DNA of 55,128 bases from an uncultured Clostridium sp. (GCA_948470875.1 CAOKQM010000005.1:1-55128); one strand, 5' to 3'. Numbered from the stretch's first letter, positions 1-10,351 are shown. Made by a program: numbers and translations. Notes: generated by a model not told the origin, from the letters alone.

Positions 1-58
1 AGGTTTATAGGTAAATCCTTTATTTAAAAACCTAACTATATTATACAAGGAGGAAAAG

Positions 59-1306
59 ATGGATTTTAATAAACCATTGGCCTATAGAATGCGTCCAAAA
101 ACGTTAGATGAATTTGTTGGACAAGAGCATATTGTTGGACAAGATAAATTATTGTATCGAACCATACAAGCAGACAGATTGTCTAGTATTATTTTATGGG
201 GACCGCCAGGGTGTGGAAAAACGTCACTTGCAAAAGTGATTAGTGAAACAACCCAATATAAGTTTATGAAAATTAATGCAGTAACTTCGGGTGTTGCGGA
301 TATCAAAAAAGCGGTAGAAGAGGCAGATAATCTACTTTTAAATCCAAGCGGAAAATGCATTTTGTTTATTGATGAAATTCATCGTTTCAACAAATTGCAA
401 CAAGATGCGCTTTTGCCATATGTGGAAGATGGAACCATTATTTTGATTGGTGCAACAACAGAAAATCCATATTTTGAAGTGAATAAAGCTTTGATTTCGC
501 GTTCTATGGTCATTAAATTAGAACCTTTGAAAAAAGAAGATATTGTGCAAATTCTAAAAAACGCAATTGTTCGTAAAGAAGGTTTAGGAAGTTATAAAAT
601 AAAAATAGAACAAAGTACAATTGATACCATCGCAGAAATTTCAAATGGGGATGTTAGAACAGCTTTAAATGGTTTAGAAATCGCAGTTTTAACCACCAAA
701 ATGGGGAGTGATGGAACTATTGAAATCACAGATGAAATTGCAAGTCAAAGTATGAATACCAAAAAAGCCATGTTTGATAAAAGTGGAGATAGTCATTATG
801 ACAACATTAGTGCTATGATTAAATCTATGCGTGGAAGTGACCCAGATGCAGCGATTTTTTATTTGGCAAGAGCTTTAAATGCAGGAGAAGATCCTGTTTT
901 TTTGGCCAGACGAATTACAATTTGTGCTTCTGAAGACGTTGGTATGGCAAATCCAAATGCATTAGTTGTTGCAACGTCTGCTATGGAAGCAGTTCGAATG
1001 ATTGGTATGCCAGAAGCAAAAATTATTTTATCACAAGCTGCTACGTATGTTGCGATTTCCAAAAAGTCGAATGCAACATATGTAGGAATTAATCGAGCTT
1101 TGGAAGATGTCAAAACCAAAAATACAGGAAGTATTCCAATGCATATTAGAAATGCGCCAGCAGAAGGAATGGAGCAGTTTGGTTATGGCAAGGCTTACCA
1201 ATATCCCCATGATTTTCCAGGACATTGGTGTGAGCAACAATATTTGCCTGATGAAATGTTAGGAACCAAATATTATGTAAAAGATGAAAATTGTGTAGAA
1301 GAATAA
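59..1306 (+). CDS. rarA: Replication-associated recombination protein A (RarA/MgsA AAA+ ATPase)
   Basis: 415-aa ORF. Walker A GPPGCGKTS, Walker B FIDEIHRF, MgsA-type C-terminal domain. AAGGAGG just upstream of the ATG. Confidence 0.9.
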   Translation: MDFNKPLAYRMRPKTLDEFVGQEHIVGQDKLLYRTIQADRLSSIILWGPPGCGKTSLAKVISETTQYKFMKINAVTSGVADIKKAVEEADNLLLNPSGKCILFIDEIHRFNKLQQDALLPYVEDGTIILIGATTENPYFEVNKALISRSMVIKLEPLKKEDIVQILKNAIVRKEGLGSYKIKIEQSTIDTIAEISNGDVRTALNGLEIAVLTTKMGSDGTIEITDEIASQSMNTKKAMFDKSGDSHYDNISAMIKSMRGSDPDAAIFYLARALNAGEDPVFLARRITICASEDVGMANPNALVVATSAMEAVRMIGMPEAKIILSQAATYVAISKKSNATYVGINRALEDVKTKNTGSIPMHIRNAPAEGMEQFGYGKAYQYPHDFPGHWCEQQYLPDEMLGTKYYVKDENCVEE

Positions 1307-1371
1307 AAAGTTTTCTTGTCGTTCTAACAAGATTTTTGTATAAATTTTGAAAAAAAGTAAATCCTATCATT

Positions 1372-1735
1372 ATGAAAAATAAAGATTTTTGGAAAAACAT
1401 GCTAATTGGTTTTTTTCGGTGGCATGATAAGTGGATTTTTTAGTAGTGGTGGAGGGCTGATTTTGGTTCCCTATATGACAGCAATTCTTAGAATGGATGA
1501 GGTCAAAGCTCGTGCTACAACAATTTTCTGCATATTTTTTATGGTAGTTACAAGTGGGTTATTTTATTTTAATCAAAATTATATTGACTTTGGAATCGCC
1601 ATAAAATGTGCAATTGGAGGAATTATTGGTGGTTACATTGGATCTAAGGTTTTATGGAATGTGAGCAAAAAATTTTTACAAATTTCATTTATTGTTTTTT
1701 TGCTTTATGCTGGATTTAAGTTTATATTTTCGTGA
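1372..1735 (+). CDS. Half-size TauE/SafE-family membrane permease, first of a pair; needs a +1 frame change at CGG 1417
   Basis: ATG 1372 gives MKNKDFWKNMLIGFF, then an in-frame CGG. The +1 frame (track ORF 1406) continues GGMISGFFSSGGGLILVPY, the glycine-rich first TM typical of TauE. About 120 aa, 4 predicted TM. Weak RBS. Confidence 0.6.
1417..1420 (+). other. In-frame CGG(T) +1 recoding site 1 (ambiguous)
   Basis: ggt ttt ttt CGG tgg; the zero frame stops at 1441-1443. Skipping the C gives LIGFF-G-GMISG. An extra T in the preceding T7 run (1410-1416) would explain this one site equally well. Confidence 0.5.
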
Positions 1736-1790
1736 GCAAAGATTAAATGCTTTTGTAATTGAAAAAAGGCATGTTAAAGGGTGATTATAT

Positions 1791-2156
1791 ATGAAGGAAA
1801 TTATTTTTGGGTGTTTGTCTGGAATCGTTGCAGCTACTGGAATGGGTGGTGGAACGATTTTGATTTTGCTTTTAAATTTATTTGGCAGTATGGAACAACA
1901 TATGGTGCAAGGTATTAATTTGGTATTTTTTATTCCTACTTCAATTGTGGCGGTTTATATGAATATTAAGAAAAAAACGATAGATTATCAAATTGCAAAA
2001 ATCATCATTATTTTTGGAGTTATTGGTGCGATTTGTGGAAGTTTGTTGTCTTTTAAAATAGAAAATCAAAATTTGAAAAAATATTTCGGGATTTTTTTGA
2101 TTTTGATTGCTTTATTTCAAACTTATTCTTATTTTAAAAATGGAAAAAAAGAATGA
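1791..2156 (+). CDS. Half-size TauE/SafE-family membrane permease, second of the pair
   Basis: 121-aa ORF with the GMGGGTILILLL motif and 4 hydrophobic segments. Lies 55 nt after the first half-size gene. Confidence 0.75.
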   Translation: MKEIIFGCLSGIVAATGMGGGTILILLLNLFGSMEQHMVQGINLVFFIPTSIVAVYMNIKKKTIDYQIAKIIIIFGVIGAICGSLLSFKIENQNLKKYFGIFLILIALFQTYSYFKNGKKE

Positions 2157-2265
2157 AATAAAAGCTTAAAATTAGCAAATTTGCTATTTTTTAGTGAGTA
2201 TAGATTGACCAGAAAAGGAAAATAATAAGTGATATATAAATATAATGGAAAGGTGGTAAAAAAAT

Positions 2266-2403
2266 ATGAAATTTACAAAAGGATTGATGTTAGGAACTTT
2301 AATTACAGCTGGAGCGATGATGATGTATTCAGAAGGTGTGGATAGCAGCAAAAAGAAAATGGTAAAAAAGGGCAAACAATTCATGAAAAAAATGGGAAGG
2401 TAA
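2266..2403 (+). CDS. Small (45 aa) protein: hydrophobic N-terminus, Lys-rich tail
   Basis: Not in the track (under 60 aa). GGAAAGGTGG upstream of ATG 2266. Sequence MKFTKGLMLGTLITAGAMMMYSEGVDSSKKKMVKKGKQFMKKMGR; TAA at 2401-2403 is followed by a hairpin. Confidence 0.45.
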   Translation: MKFTKGLMLGTLITAGAMMMYSEGVDSSKKKMVKKGKQFMKKMGR

Positions 2404-2409
2404 AATAAA

Positions 2410-2440
2410 AACTTCCAGACAAAAAACGTTTGGAAGTTTT
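2410..2440. terminator. Bidirectional intrinsic terminator between convergent genes
   Basis: AACTTCCA (2410-2417) pairs with TGGAAGTT (2431-2438), 13-nt A-rich loop, T-run on the + side. Confidence 0.6.
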
Positions 2441-2447
2441 ACATAAA

Positions 2448-3206
2448 TTATTGGTTCTCTGTTCCAAAAATTAATTTGGGAAGTTTTGTGAAAATTTTAT
2501 AAAAGGCGACTTTTATTTTTTTTCTGAATAAATAAAATTTATTTAATTGTCTTGGACTAATAAGGAAGGTATTTTCGGCTGAATTGGTAGTTTCAGTTTG
2601 TGTATTTAATTCAAGTAAATCCTCAGTTAATTCATTATCCAATAATTCGGTTGGTGTTTCGATAATAGCTCCAGAAAGAATTTCTTCTAAAGTTGTATAT
2701 TCGATAGAATCTTCAAAAGGAATTTCAAATTCTTCAATTTGAGACAAAATTTTTGTGATTTCGGCGCCTAAATCAATTGGCTCTGTTGTAATTTGTATAG
2801 CCGTTTCAGAAATTTCTTGTTTGACTGATTCAAAAGCGATGGGCTGCAAAATTTCTTCTATTAGACAATCAATGTCAAGTATTTCAGATTCCTCAAGTTT
2901 TTCAGTTTGTGTGTTTTCACAAGGTAAAATAGGAGTAATATAGTTTTGATAAGCATTATTATCCCATTCATTATTAGCATTTTTGAAACAAAAATGAAAA
3001 GTAGAAAAGTCTAACATATTAATTTTGGCAGTAAAGCCATCTGAAGTTTTTTCCATTTTGCATTCAGAGGTATGTTCCCAAGAATCATTAAATCCATATA
3101 CAATCCACATTTCTGGGGAATCACTTAAAAAACCATGATAAGTAATGGTTAATTCTTCATTTACAGTAGGCTGCTGATTCAATTTAATATCATTCGTAAA
3201 TTCCAT
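2448..3206 (-). CDS. Acidic protein with an N-terminal CBM25/53-like (starch-binding-type) beta-sandwich module and a basic C-terminal amphipathic tail
   Basis: 252-aa ORF. The segment WIVYGFNDSW...FCFKNANNEWDNNAYQNY has the WDNN signature of CBM25/53-type modules. A Glu/Asp-rich linker follows, and the C-terminus is FYLFRKKIKVAFYKIF. Confidence 0.55.
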   Translation of the reverse strand: MEFTNDIKLNQQPTVNEELTITYHGFLSDSPEMWIVYGFNDSWEHTSECKMEKTSDGFTAKINMLDFSTFHFCFKNANNEWDNNAYQNYITPILPCENTQTEKLEESEILDIDCLIEEILQPIAFESVKQEISETAIQITTEPIDLGAEITKILSQIEEFEIPFEDSIEYTTLEEILSGAIIETPTELLDNELTEDLLELNTQTETTNSAENTFLISPRQLNKFYLFRKKIKVAFYKIFTKLPKLIFGTENQ

Positions 3207-3284
3207 TTTTTTACTCCTTTTATTCTAATTATTTACATTATATCTATTTTTCTATAAAATAGCAACAAAAAAATACATTTTTTA

Positions 3285-3323
3285 TATTACAATTATGTTA
3301 CAAAAATATTACAATCATATTAC
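3285..3323 (+). promoter_or_regulatory. Four direct hexamers T(A/G)TTAC phased at exactly 11 bp (candidate OmpR-family response-regulator operator)
   Basis: TATTAC 3285, TGTTAC 3296, TATTAC 3307, TATTAC 3318, each followed by AA. Located in the divergent region between the 2448-3206(-) gene and the SleB/CwlJ gene. Confidence 0.5.
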
Positions 3324-3384
3324 AAAAACAAAGAATAATTTTTTCAAACTTTGGAAAAAATAGGTGGGAAGATAGGAGGAAAAC

Positions 3385-4059
3385 ATGAAAAAATATAGAT
3401 ATTGGATAGAAATTATTGTTTTAAGTATTGTGCTATTTTTGGTTTTATTAAAATTACCAATGGCTTATGCAATTTCGCAATATGGTTCAAATGGAGAGGA
3501 AGTAAAGCAAATTCAGACGAAATTGCGAGATTGGGGCTATTATAATGGCTCTGTGGATGGTGTATATGGCTCTCAAACTTACGAAGCAGTAAAAGCTTTT
3601 CAAAGGAGTAATGGCCTAAGTGCAGATGGAATTGCAGGTTCTCAAACATTAGCAGCTCTGGGAATTAATGAATCTGGCGGATCTTCAGGTGGAGGTTCGA
3701 GTAGTAATAATAATGATTTGAATTTGCTAAGCCATTTGGTTTATGGAGAAGCAAGGGGAGAGCCTTATAATGGAATGGTTGCAGTTGCAGCAACTGTTAT
3801 GAATCGAGTGGCTGATTCAAGATTTCCCAATTCTGTTTCTGGAGTGATTTATCAATCAGGAGCTTATACGTGTGTAGCAGATGGACAAATTAATTTAGGA
3901 TATGATGATTCAGCTAAAAAAGCAGCTCAAGATGCGATTAATGGTTGGGATCCAACTTCTGGTTGCATTTATTATTTTAATCCTAATACAGCGACTTCTT
4001 CTTGGATTTGGAGCAGACCACAAGTCATGACGATTGGAAAGCATATATTTTGTAAATAA
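3385..4059 (+). CDS. Cell-wall hydrolase, SleB/CwlJ family (Hydrolase_2), with a PG_binding_1 domain and signal anchor
   Basis: 224-aa ORF. N-terminal TM, the peptidoglycan-binding repeat VKQIQTKLRDWGYYNGSVDGVYGSQT, a Gly/Ser linker, then LVYGEARGEPYNGMVAVAATVMNRV, typical of SleB/CwlJ. Confidence 0.85.
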   Translation: MKKYRYWIEIIVLSIVLFLVLLKLPMAYAISQYGSNGEEVKQIQTKLRDWGYYNGSVDGVYGSQTYEAVKAFQRSNGLSADGIAGSQTLAALGINESGGSSGGGSSSNNNDLNLLSHLVYGEARGEPYNGMVAVAATVMNRVADSRFPNSVSGVIYQSGAYTCVADGQINLGYDDSAKKAAQDAINGWDPTSGCIYYFNPNTATSSWIWSRPQVMTIGKHIFCK

Positions 4060-4071
4060 GGAAAAACAATA

Positions 4072-4100
4072 TTGACAAAGATTTAAATTTTTTATATACT
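4072..4100 (+). promoter_or_regulatory. Sigma-A-type promoter
   Basis: TTGACA (4072-4077), 17-nt spacer, TATACT (4095-4100). Confidence 0.55.
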
Positions 4101-4176
4101 AAAAATATCGACTTTTAAAATATTATGTAAAACAAAAAATGATGAAAAAAATACCAAAAATGAAAGAGGAAAAAAG

Positions 4177-6463
4177 TTGAAGAAAATAGCAAATCAAATC
4201 AATATTATGTTGCTGGGAATCATTTTAGTGCTTAGTACGTTTTTGATTGGAACACCAATTTCTGAAAGGAATGTACAAATTGTGTACATTCTTTCAGGGA
4301 TTTTTTGTGCTTGTTATTTTGGAAAACAGCTATACTTGCAGAGAAAAAATACAAAATCAAGTTGTAATTATGAAAAACTAAGCCTCATAAATAATAAGCT
4401 AGATTTGTGTGTTGTAATTTTGGTATTTTCCACAGCAATACCACTGATTTTTAGAACATATGTGAGTTTGGATGCCGCAGTACATATGTTACTAAAATAT
4501 ATTTGCTATTTAGGGTTGTATGTTATTGCCAAAAATGAATGTAGAAAAGAGCCAAAAAATGTCGATATTTTTCTTAATATGATAATTATTAGTATTGTGG
4601 CATTGTGTGTGATTGGTCTAGACGAAATTAACAAAGATTATTTAAAAGATTTCAAACTTTTCTTTCATTATACTTATGTAGAATATGACGAAGTAAGGGT
4701 GGTTTCTTTATTTTCTTATCCAAATACAATGGCTGCTATTGCTGGTTTAGGGATTTTTTTATGTTTAGGAAATTTTTTTAAAACCTCAAAAAAATGGTTA
4801 AAACTATGGTATGGATTTGCTGGTTTTGTTCTGTTTATTACCATGATTATGACTTACAGCAGATTGGTTTATATCTTATTTGCAGTTACTTGCATTTTTT
4901 GGGGATTGGTATTTTACAAAAAATATAAAATAAGAGAAAAAATCAACAAAAAAATAGGATTATTTCTCTCTTTGGCAGGACTTCTGGCAATATTTTATAT
5001 TTTAATCGGTTTGCAAATACCACAAAAATTAGTAATAAAGCAAAAGTATCAAAAAATACTATATTCTGTGGAAAAAGATACAGATTATAGTTTTGTTTTG
5101 GATATCAATTCTGTTACAGATGAAGAAAATGGTGTTACAATTCGATTAAGTGAAAAAAATGAATTTTTTGATGATGTGGGTAAAACAGAATGGAATTTTG
5201 GCACATTTTCAGGGGAAAAGGAAATAAAGATACATACACGGAAGCGATACAGCAGTTATGTATTTGAATATAGAACTTAAAAAGCCAGAGAAAAGCTATT
5301 TGGAAATCAATAAGGCAACCTTAAATGGTAAGAAATTTATTTTGAAATATAAATGGATTCCGACTGGTGTGGTGAATAAAATTCAAAGTATTGGTTTAAA
5401 AAATAAGAGCATTTGGGAAAGGTTTACATTTATTGGAGATGCTTTAAAATTATGTAAAAGTAATTGGTTGTTTGGTTTGGGTGGCAATGCTTGGCGAACG
5501 GTTCAAAGTAAAGCGCAATCCTACCAATATTATGCACAAGAAGTGCATTGTTTTCCAGTTCAAATTTTCTTAGAAAATGGAATCGTTGGTTTACTTGCTG
5601 TTTTGGGAATTGGAATTGGGATTTTAACATATTGGCTAACACAAATAAAAAGTAGTCAAATGGATATGAGTAAAATTAGTTTTACAACGGGGCTTATATT
5701 CTTGCTTTTGCATAGTTGTTTGGATTTTGACTTATCGTTTTTTTATAGTTTGTTAATTGTGTTTTTTATTTTGGCAACTATGGATTTTGGGAAGAATATT
5801 AAAATTAAGGCAGATTGGCTAGTTGCTGCTATTTTGATTGCTTTTTCATTGTATGGTGCGTATGTTTTTGGTGTGGAAAAACAGTATAAAAAAAGTACAG
5901 ATACTCTGAAAATAAGTGAGCAATGGCCAGAAGACAGGATTTTTAATACATATCATACTTTATTGCCGTTCCATAAAGATGTGAAAATAAGAAAATATAG
6001 AGCTTTAAACAGCATGGAAAATGTGGATTATAGCGAAATAAAAAAAGTTTTGAAAGATTTGTTAATACATGAAAAATATATGGATTCAAATCTTGCGCTA
6101 GAATATGCCAAACGTTATGTGCAAGCTTGTTTGGAAGATAGACAAGGTTTAGAAGAAAATTTGAAATTTGTGTTAACGTATATTTATGATACACAGGATT
6201 TTGCGAAATATCGAATGGGATTGCAATTTGCGAGGTTTGAAAATTTAGTCGAAATAAAGGAACTTTTGACGCAAAATGGGAAATGGGAACAATTGGATAA
6301 AATACAAAAACAGCTAGAAAAAGAAATTCACGAAAAAGAAGCTTATTTGCTAGATTATAAAAAAGCGCGTTATCTGTTTGAACAAAGGAGCGTTTATGAA
6401 AAGGAAATCCAAGATTTGAAAAATAAAATAAAGGAATCAGAAAAATGGAAATCAGTGTATTGA
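4177..6463 (+). CDS. O-antigen ligase/polymerase-family (Wzy_C) polytopic membrane protein with a helical C-terminal domain; one polypeptide if +1 at CGG 5239
   Basis: Track ORFs 4177-5280 and 5258-6463. The first carries the TM bundle and the MTYSRLVYILFAV motif. The second carries the matching distal motif GLGGNAW...HCFPVQIFLENGIVGLL. Both halves are needed for one Wzy_C domain. TTG start after AAAGAGG. Confidence 0.7.
5239..5242 (+). other. In-frame CGG(A) +1 recoding site 2
   Basis: cat aca CGG aag cga; the zero frame ends at 5278-5280. Skipping the C gives KIHT-G-SDTAVMYLNIELKK, which is exactly the frame of ORF 5258. Confidence 0.8.
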
Positions 6464-7260
6464 TGTCGGTTTATGATGAAGAAAAGCCTAGTTATTTAGA
6501 ACAAGCTTTACAAAGCATGATAAATCAGACTTTGCCACCAAAACAAATTGTAATTGTAAAAGATGGAAAATTGAAACAGGAATTGGAAGAGGTTTTAGAA
6601 AAGTATAAAAAAAGGTTTCCTAAAATGATAGATATTTATTCTTTTGTACAAAATTTGGGACTTGGAGAAGCGCTCAAGTTCGGTTTGCAAAAGTGCAAAT
6701 ATGAATACATAGCCAGAATGGATACAGATGATATTGCGCCTTTGGAGCGATTTGAAAGACAGAGTGAGATTTTTAAGCAAAATCCTCAGTTGGATTTATT
6801 AGGTGGCTATATTGAAGAATACGATGAAAAAATGGAAAAGCTTGTTTCAATACGAAAAGTTCCGCTGACATTAGCTGAGATAAAAAAGCAAATAAAAACA
6901 CAAAGTCCATTTAATCATGGAACAGTTATTATGAGGAAACAAGCAGTTTTAAAAGCTGGAAATTATAATAAAACAAAATTGGAAGATTATGATTTGTGGG
7001 CTCGTATGCTAATTGGTGGGTGCAAAATGGCAAACACCAAAGAAATATTGGGAAAAAACCGTACAGGAAATTCAATGTATGCAAGAAGAAGTGGAATCAA
7101 ACAAGTAAAAAAGATTCTAGAAATGGAAAAAAATTTGTATACTTATCAAATCATTGGTTTTTTTACAATGCTGAAAAACATTGTCATACGCAGCATTGTT
7201 GCCTTGCTTCCTATCAAAATGAAATGGTTTGTTTATACCAAATGGATTCGAAAATGGTAG
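6445..7260 (+). CDS. Family 2 glycosyltransferase
   Basis: 271-aa ORF. ISVLMSVYDEE N-terminus and an RMDTDD (DXD-type) motif. Overlaps the upstream gene's end by 19 nt. Confidence 0.85.
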   Translation: MEISVLMSVYDEEKPSYLEQALQSMINQTLPPKQIVIVKDGKLKQELEEVLEKYKKRFPKMIDIYSFVQNLGLGEALKFGLQKCKYEYIARMDTDDIAPLERFERQSEIFKQNPQLDLLGGYIEEYDEKMEKLVSIRKVPLTLAEIKKQIKTQSPFNHGTVIMRKQAVLKAGNYNKTKLEDYDLWARMLIGGCKMANTKEILGKNRTGNSMYARRSGIKQVKKILEMEKNLYTYQIIGFFTMLKNIVIRSIVALLPIKMKWFVYTKWIRKW

Positions 7261-7337
7261 GCAAAATTTCTTGGAAAAGAAAATTGACAAAATTGCAACA
7301 AATTGATAAGATAGTATAAAGAAGAAAGGAAAAAGGT

Positions 7338-7853
7338 ATGATTTTTTATCCAGATTATTACTGTGACCGAGTCACAGATATTACAATCGATTTATTAAAA
7401 GAAAATCAAATAAAAGGAATTATTTTAGACGTAGATAATACATTAATTGATTTTGATAGAAATTTACTACAAGGTGCCAAAGATTGGGTTCAAAAAATGA
7501 AAGAAAATGAGATTAAATGTATGATTTTATCCAATAGTAATCAAGTTCAAAAAGTGAAAAATGTGGCAGAAATGTTGGAAATCCCATATTTGTATTTGGC
7601 CACAAAGCCACTTAAAAGAGGGTTTCGAAAAGCCAAACAACAACTGGGATTAGAAAGTCAGAATATAGCTGTTGTAGGTGACCAAATTTTTACAGATGTA
7701 ATGGGGGCAAATCGCAGCAAAATGTATTCTATTTTGGTGAATCCCATTGCTAAAAAAGATATTTGGATAACGAAATTAAAAAGACCAATGGAAGAATGGA
7801 TTGTAAAATCGTATGTGAATCAGCAAAATAAACGAAAGAAGAAAGAGGAATAA
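7338..7853 (+). CDS. yqeG: YqeG-family HAD-IIIA phosphatase
   Basis: 171-aa ORF with GIILDVDNTLI (DxDxT), SNS and GDQIFTD motifs. Confidence 0.8.
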   Translation: MIFYPDYYCDRVTDITIDLLKENQIKGIILDVDNTLIDFDRNLLQGAKDWVQKMKENEIKCMILSNSNQVQKVKNVAEMLEIPYLYLATKPLKRGFRKAKQQLGLESQNIAVVGDQIFTDVMGANRSKMYSILVNPIAKKDIWITKLKRPMEEWIVKSYVNQQNKRKKKEE

Positions 7854-7856
7854 AAA

Positions 7857-8633
7857 ATGTATGATCATAATAATGTACATATTTTAGCATATGTAGGAAT
7901 TGGATTAATCGCACTGTTGGTAGGAAAATTGGTGGCTTGGCTGAATATGAGATTGCCAGAAGGAAAAAAATTTTTTTCCAAGGAATTTTTTAAAAGCAAT
8001 AAACAAGGACTTGAAAAAAATTATATTTGTATGATTGTTATGGTAATTTTGTATGTTGCTTTACTTTATAAATTTGGAATCGGAAATAATTTTATGCAAA
8101 ATTTGGATATCCTAAAATTTTTAATTTTGATGCCAATGCTGGTGAGTTCTTTTATGATTGATTTAAAGCATAGAATTTTGCCAAATCGCTTGAATTTAAC
8201 CATGTTTGAAATTGGCTTGGTGTTTGCATTTTTATATGGAATGAATAATTTGAATATGGCAAAAGATATGTTGCTAGGAATGGTGGTTGGAGCTGGAATT
8301 TTTGGGTTTATTACCGTTTTAGGTGGTTTGATTACAGGAAAAGAAGCCATGGGATTAGGAGACGTAAAATTCATGGGTGCTGTTGGTTTATATTTTGGTG
8401 TTAGCAACATTGCTCAAATCGCTTTATTCGCCTTTTTTATAGGTGCCATTTGCTCGATTGCCATCCTTTTTGTTAGAATTGTGATTTTAAAAAGCAAAGA
8501 TGAATATGTAGCATTTGGACCGTTTTTGGTAGTTAGTGCAATTGCGTGTATATTTTTGCCAACCAATACAGTATTTCTTTGGTTTATGGCATTGTGTGGT
8601 GCCATAAGCAATAAAATATTGAAGATTCTATAA
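7857..8633 (+). CDS. Prepilin (type IV) signal peptidase, A24 family
   Basis: 258-aa polytopic ORF with MIDLKHRILPN and GLGDVKFMGAVG aspartyl-peptidase motifs. Confidence 0.8.
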   Translation: MYDHNNVHILAYVGIGLIALLVGKLVAWLNMRLPEGKKFFSKEFFKSNKQGLEKNYICMIVMVILYVALLYKFGIGNNFMQNLDILKFLILMPMLVSSFMIDLKHRILPNRLNLTMFEIGLVFAFLYGMNNLNMAKDMLLGMVVGAGIFGFITVLGGLITGKEAMGLGDVKFMGAVGLYFGVSNIAQIALFAFFIGAICSIAILFVRIVILKSKDEYVAFGPFLVVSAIACIFLPTNTVFLWFMALCGAISNKILKIL

Positions 8634-8647
8634 AATGGAGGTGTATT

Positions 8648-9721
8648 ATGAATATACGAATAAAATGGCTAAGAGACCAATTAAAATCAATGAAATTAGA
8701 TGGAATGATTGTGTCAAACCCGGTTAATGTCAAATATTTGACAGGGCTAGAAGAAGAGGGCATTTTTATTGTTGCACCAAAAGAGAATGTTTTTATAACA
8801 GACACGCGTTATATGGAAAGTGTGAATAACAAACTTACCATTGCAGATGAAATTGTTGCTTACGATATTAGAAATATGAGCAAATATGATTATGAAGGTA
8901 TTTTTATGAGTTGTACAGATGTAGGATTTGAAGAAAAATATGTAACCTATGAAATGTATAAAAAATATTTGCAAATGTATCAAGTCAATTTGGTGGAAAC
9001 AGAAGGCATTATTGAAAATCATAGAATGGTCAAAGATGAAGAAGAATTAAAATGGATTCAAAAAGCTTGTGAAATAACAGATGAAGCATTTGCTTATGTA
9101 AAAGATATTTTACATTATGGAATGAGTGAAAAAGAACTTTGTTTTGCTATTGAAAAATTTATGATAAATCAAGGAGCAGACGGTTTAGCATTTGATTCAA
9201 TTGTAGCTTTTGGAGAAAATACTTCTATGCCACATGCTGTTCCAACAAATCGAACTTTGCAATCAGGAGATATCATTCAACTAGATATTGGAGCAAAATA
9301 TCAGGGGTATTGTGCTGATTTTTCAAGAGTTATTTTTGTGGATGAAATGAAGATAGAATACAAAGAAGCCTATGATTTTGTTCTAGAACAACAAAGAAAA
9401 ATTGTGCAGAATTTAAAAGATGGAATCAATATCAAACAAGAAATTAAAAATCGTGAGGCAGATTATCGTTTAAAACATTACGAAATTTTGCATAGTTTTG
9501 GGCATGGCGTAGGTTTGGATATTCATGAAGAACCGATTTTAAATTCCAAAATGGATTTGTATTTAAAAGAAAATTCGATTTTGGCAATTGAGCCAGGCGT
9601 GTATCAACAAGGAAAATTTGGGATTCGCATAGAAGATACGTATCACATAAAAAAGAATTCTTGCATAAATTTAACTAAATCTGGAAAAGAATATAGTGTG
9701 GTAAATTTAAAAAATACTTGA
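8648..9721 (+). CDS. Xaa-Pro aminopeptidase (M24B)
   Basis: 357-aa ORF. Creatinase-like N-domain plus HSFGHGVGLDIHEEP and the E..Y metal ligands. Confidence 0.85.
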   Translation: MNIRIKWLRDQLKSMKLDGMIVSNPVNVKYLTGLEEEGIFIVAPKENVFITDTRYMESVNNKLTIADEIVAYDIRNMSKYDYEGIFMSCTDVGFEEKYVTYEMYKKYLQMYQVNLVETEGIIENHRMVKDEEELKWIQKACEITDEAFAYVKDILHYGMSEKELCFAIEKFMINQGADGLAFDSIVAFGENTSMPHAVPTNRTLQSGDIIQLDIGAKYQGYCADFSRVIFVDEMKIEYKEAYDFVLEQQRKIVQNLKDGINIKQEIKNREADYRLKHYEILHSFGHGVGLDIHEEPILNSKMDLYLKENSILAIEPGVYQQGKFGIRIEDTYHIKKNSCINLTKSGKEYSVVNLKNT

Positions 9722-9746
9722 TTTATGAAAATAGATGTGTTATAAT
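9718..9746 (+). promoter_or_regulatory. Sigma-A-type promoter with extended -10 upstream of efp
   Basis: TTGATT (9718-9723), 17-nt spacer, TG-T-TATAAT (-10 at 9741-9746). Confidence 0.5.
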
Positions 9747-9784
9747 AAGAAAGTTAAAATAAAAGAAGAAATGAGGTAAAAATT

Positions 9785-10351
9785 ATGGCTGATGTTTATA
9801 TGGCAGGAGATTTAAGAAATGGAACCACGTTTGAATTGGATAATAATGTTTTTAGAGTTGTTGAATTTCAACATGTAAAACCAGGAAAAGGAGCTGCTTT
9901 TGTTCGTGTAAAAATGAAAAATGTAATGACAGGTTCTGTATTAGAAAGAACATTTAATCCATCTGAAAAATTACAAGGTGCTGAAATTGAAAAAAGAGAT
10001 ATGCAATATTTATACAATGATGGTGAATTATATTATTTTATGGACAATAATACGTATGACCAAATGCCTTTAAATAAAGAACAAATTGGAGAGGCATTAA
10101 AATATATTAAAGAAAATATGAATGTTACAATGGTTAGTTTTAAGGGAAAAGTATTTGCAGTTGAACCACCAATGTTTGTAGAATTGGAAGTTACTTACAC
10201 AGAACCTGGTTTTAGCGGCAACACCACAACAACATCTGGAAAACCAGCAACCTTAGAAAATGGATTAGAAATCTCTGTTCCACTATTTGTAAACATAGGA
10301 GACAAAATTCGAATCGACACTAGAACAGGCGAATATATGGAAAGAATTTAA
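9785..10351 (+). CDS. efp: Elongation factor P
   Basis: 188-aa [41 protein letters not shown] is canonical EF-P. Confidence 0.95.
   Translation: MADVYMAGDLRNGTTFELDNNVFRVVEFQHVKPGKGAAFVRVKMKNVMTGSVLERTFNPSEKLQGAEIEKRDMQYLYNDGELYYFMDNNTYDQMPLNKEQIGEALKYIKENMNVTMVSFKGKVFAVEPPMFVELEVTYTEPGFSGNTTTTSGKPATLENGLEISVPLFVNIGDKIRIDTRTGEYMERI

Noticed and set aside
1410-1419. Homopolymer error (T7 instead of T6) as the cause of the TauE-1 frameshift
   Set aside because: Not fully rejected. GGT TTT TTC GGT GGC with one T fewer gives the same protein, so this single site is ambiguous. None of the other 17 sites is adjacent to a homopolymer that could explain it.
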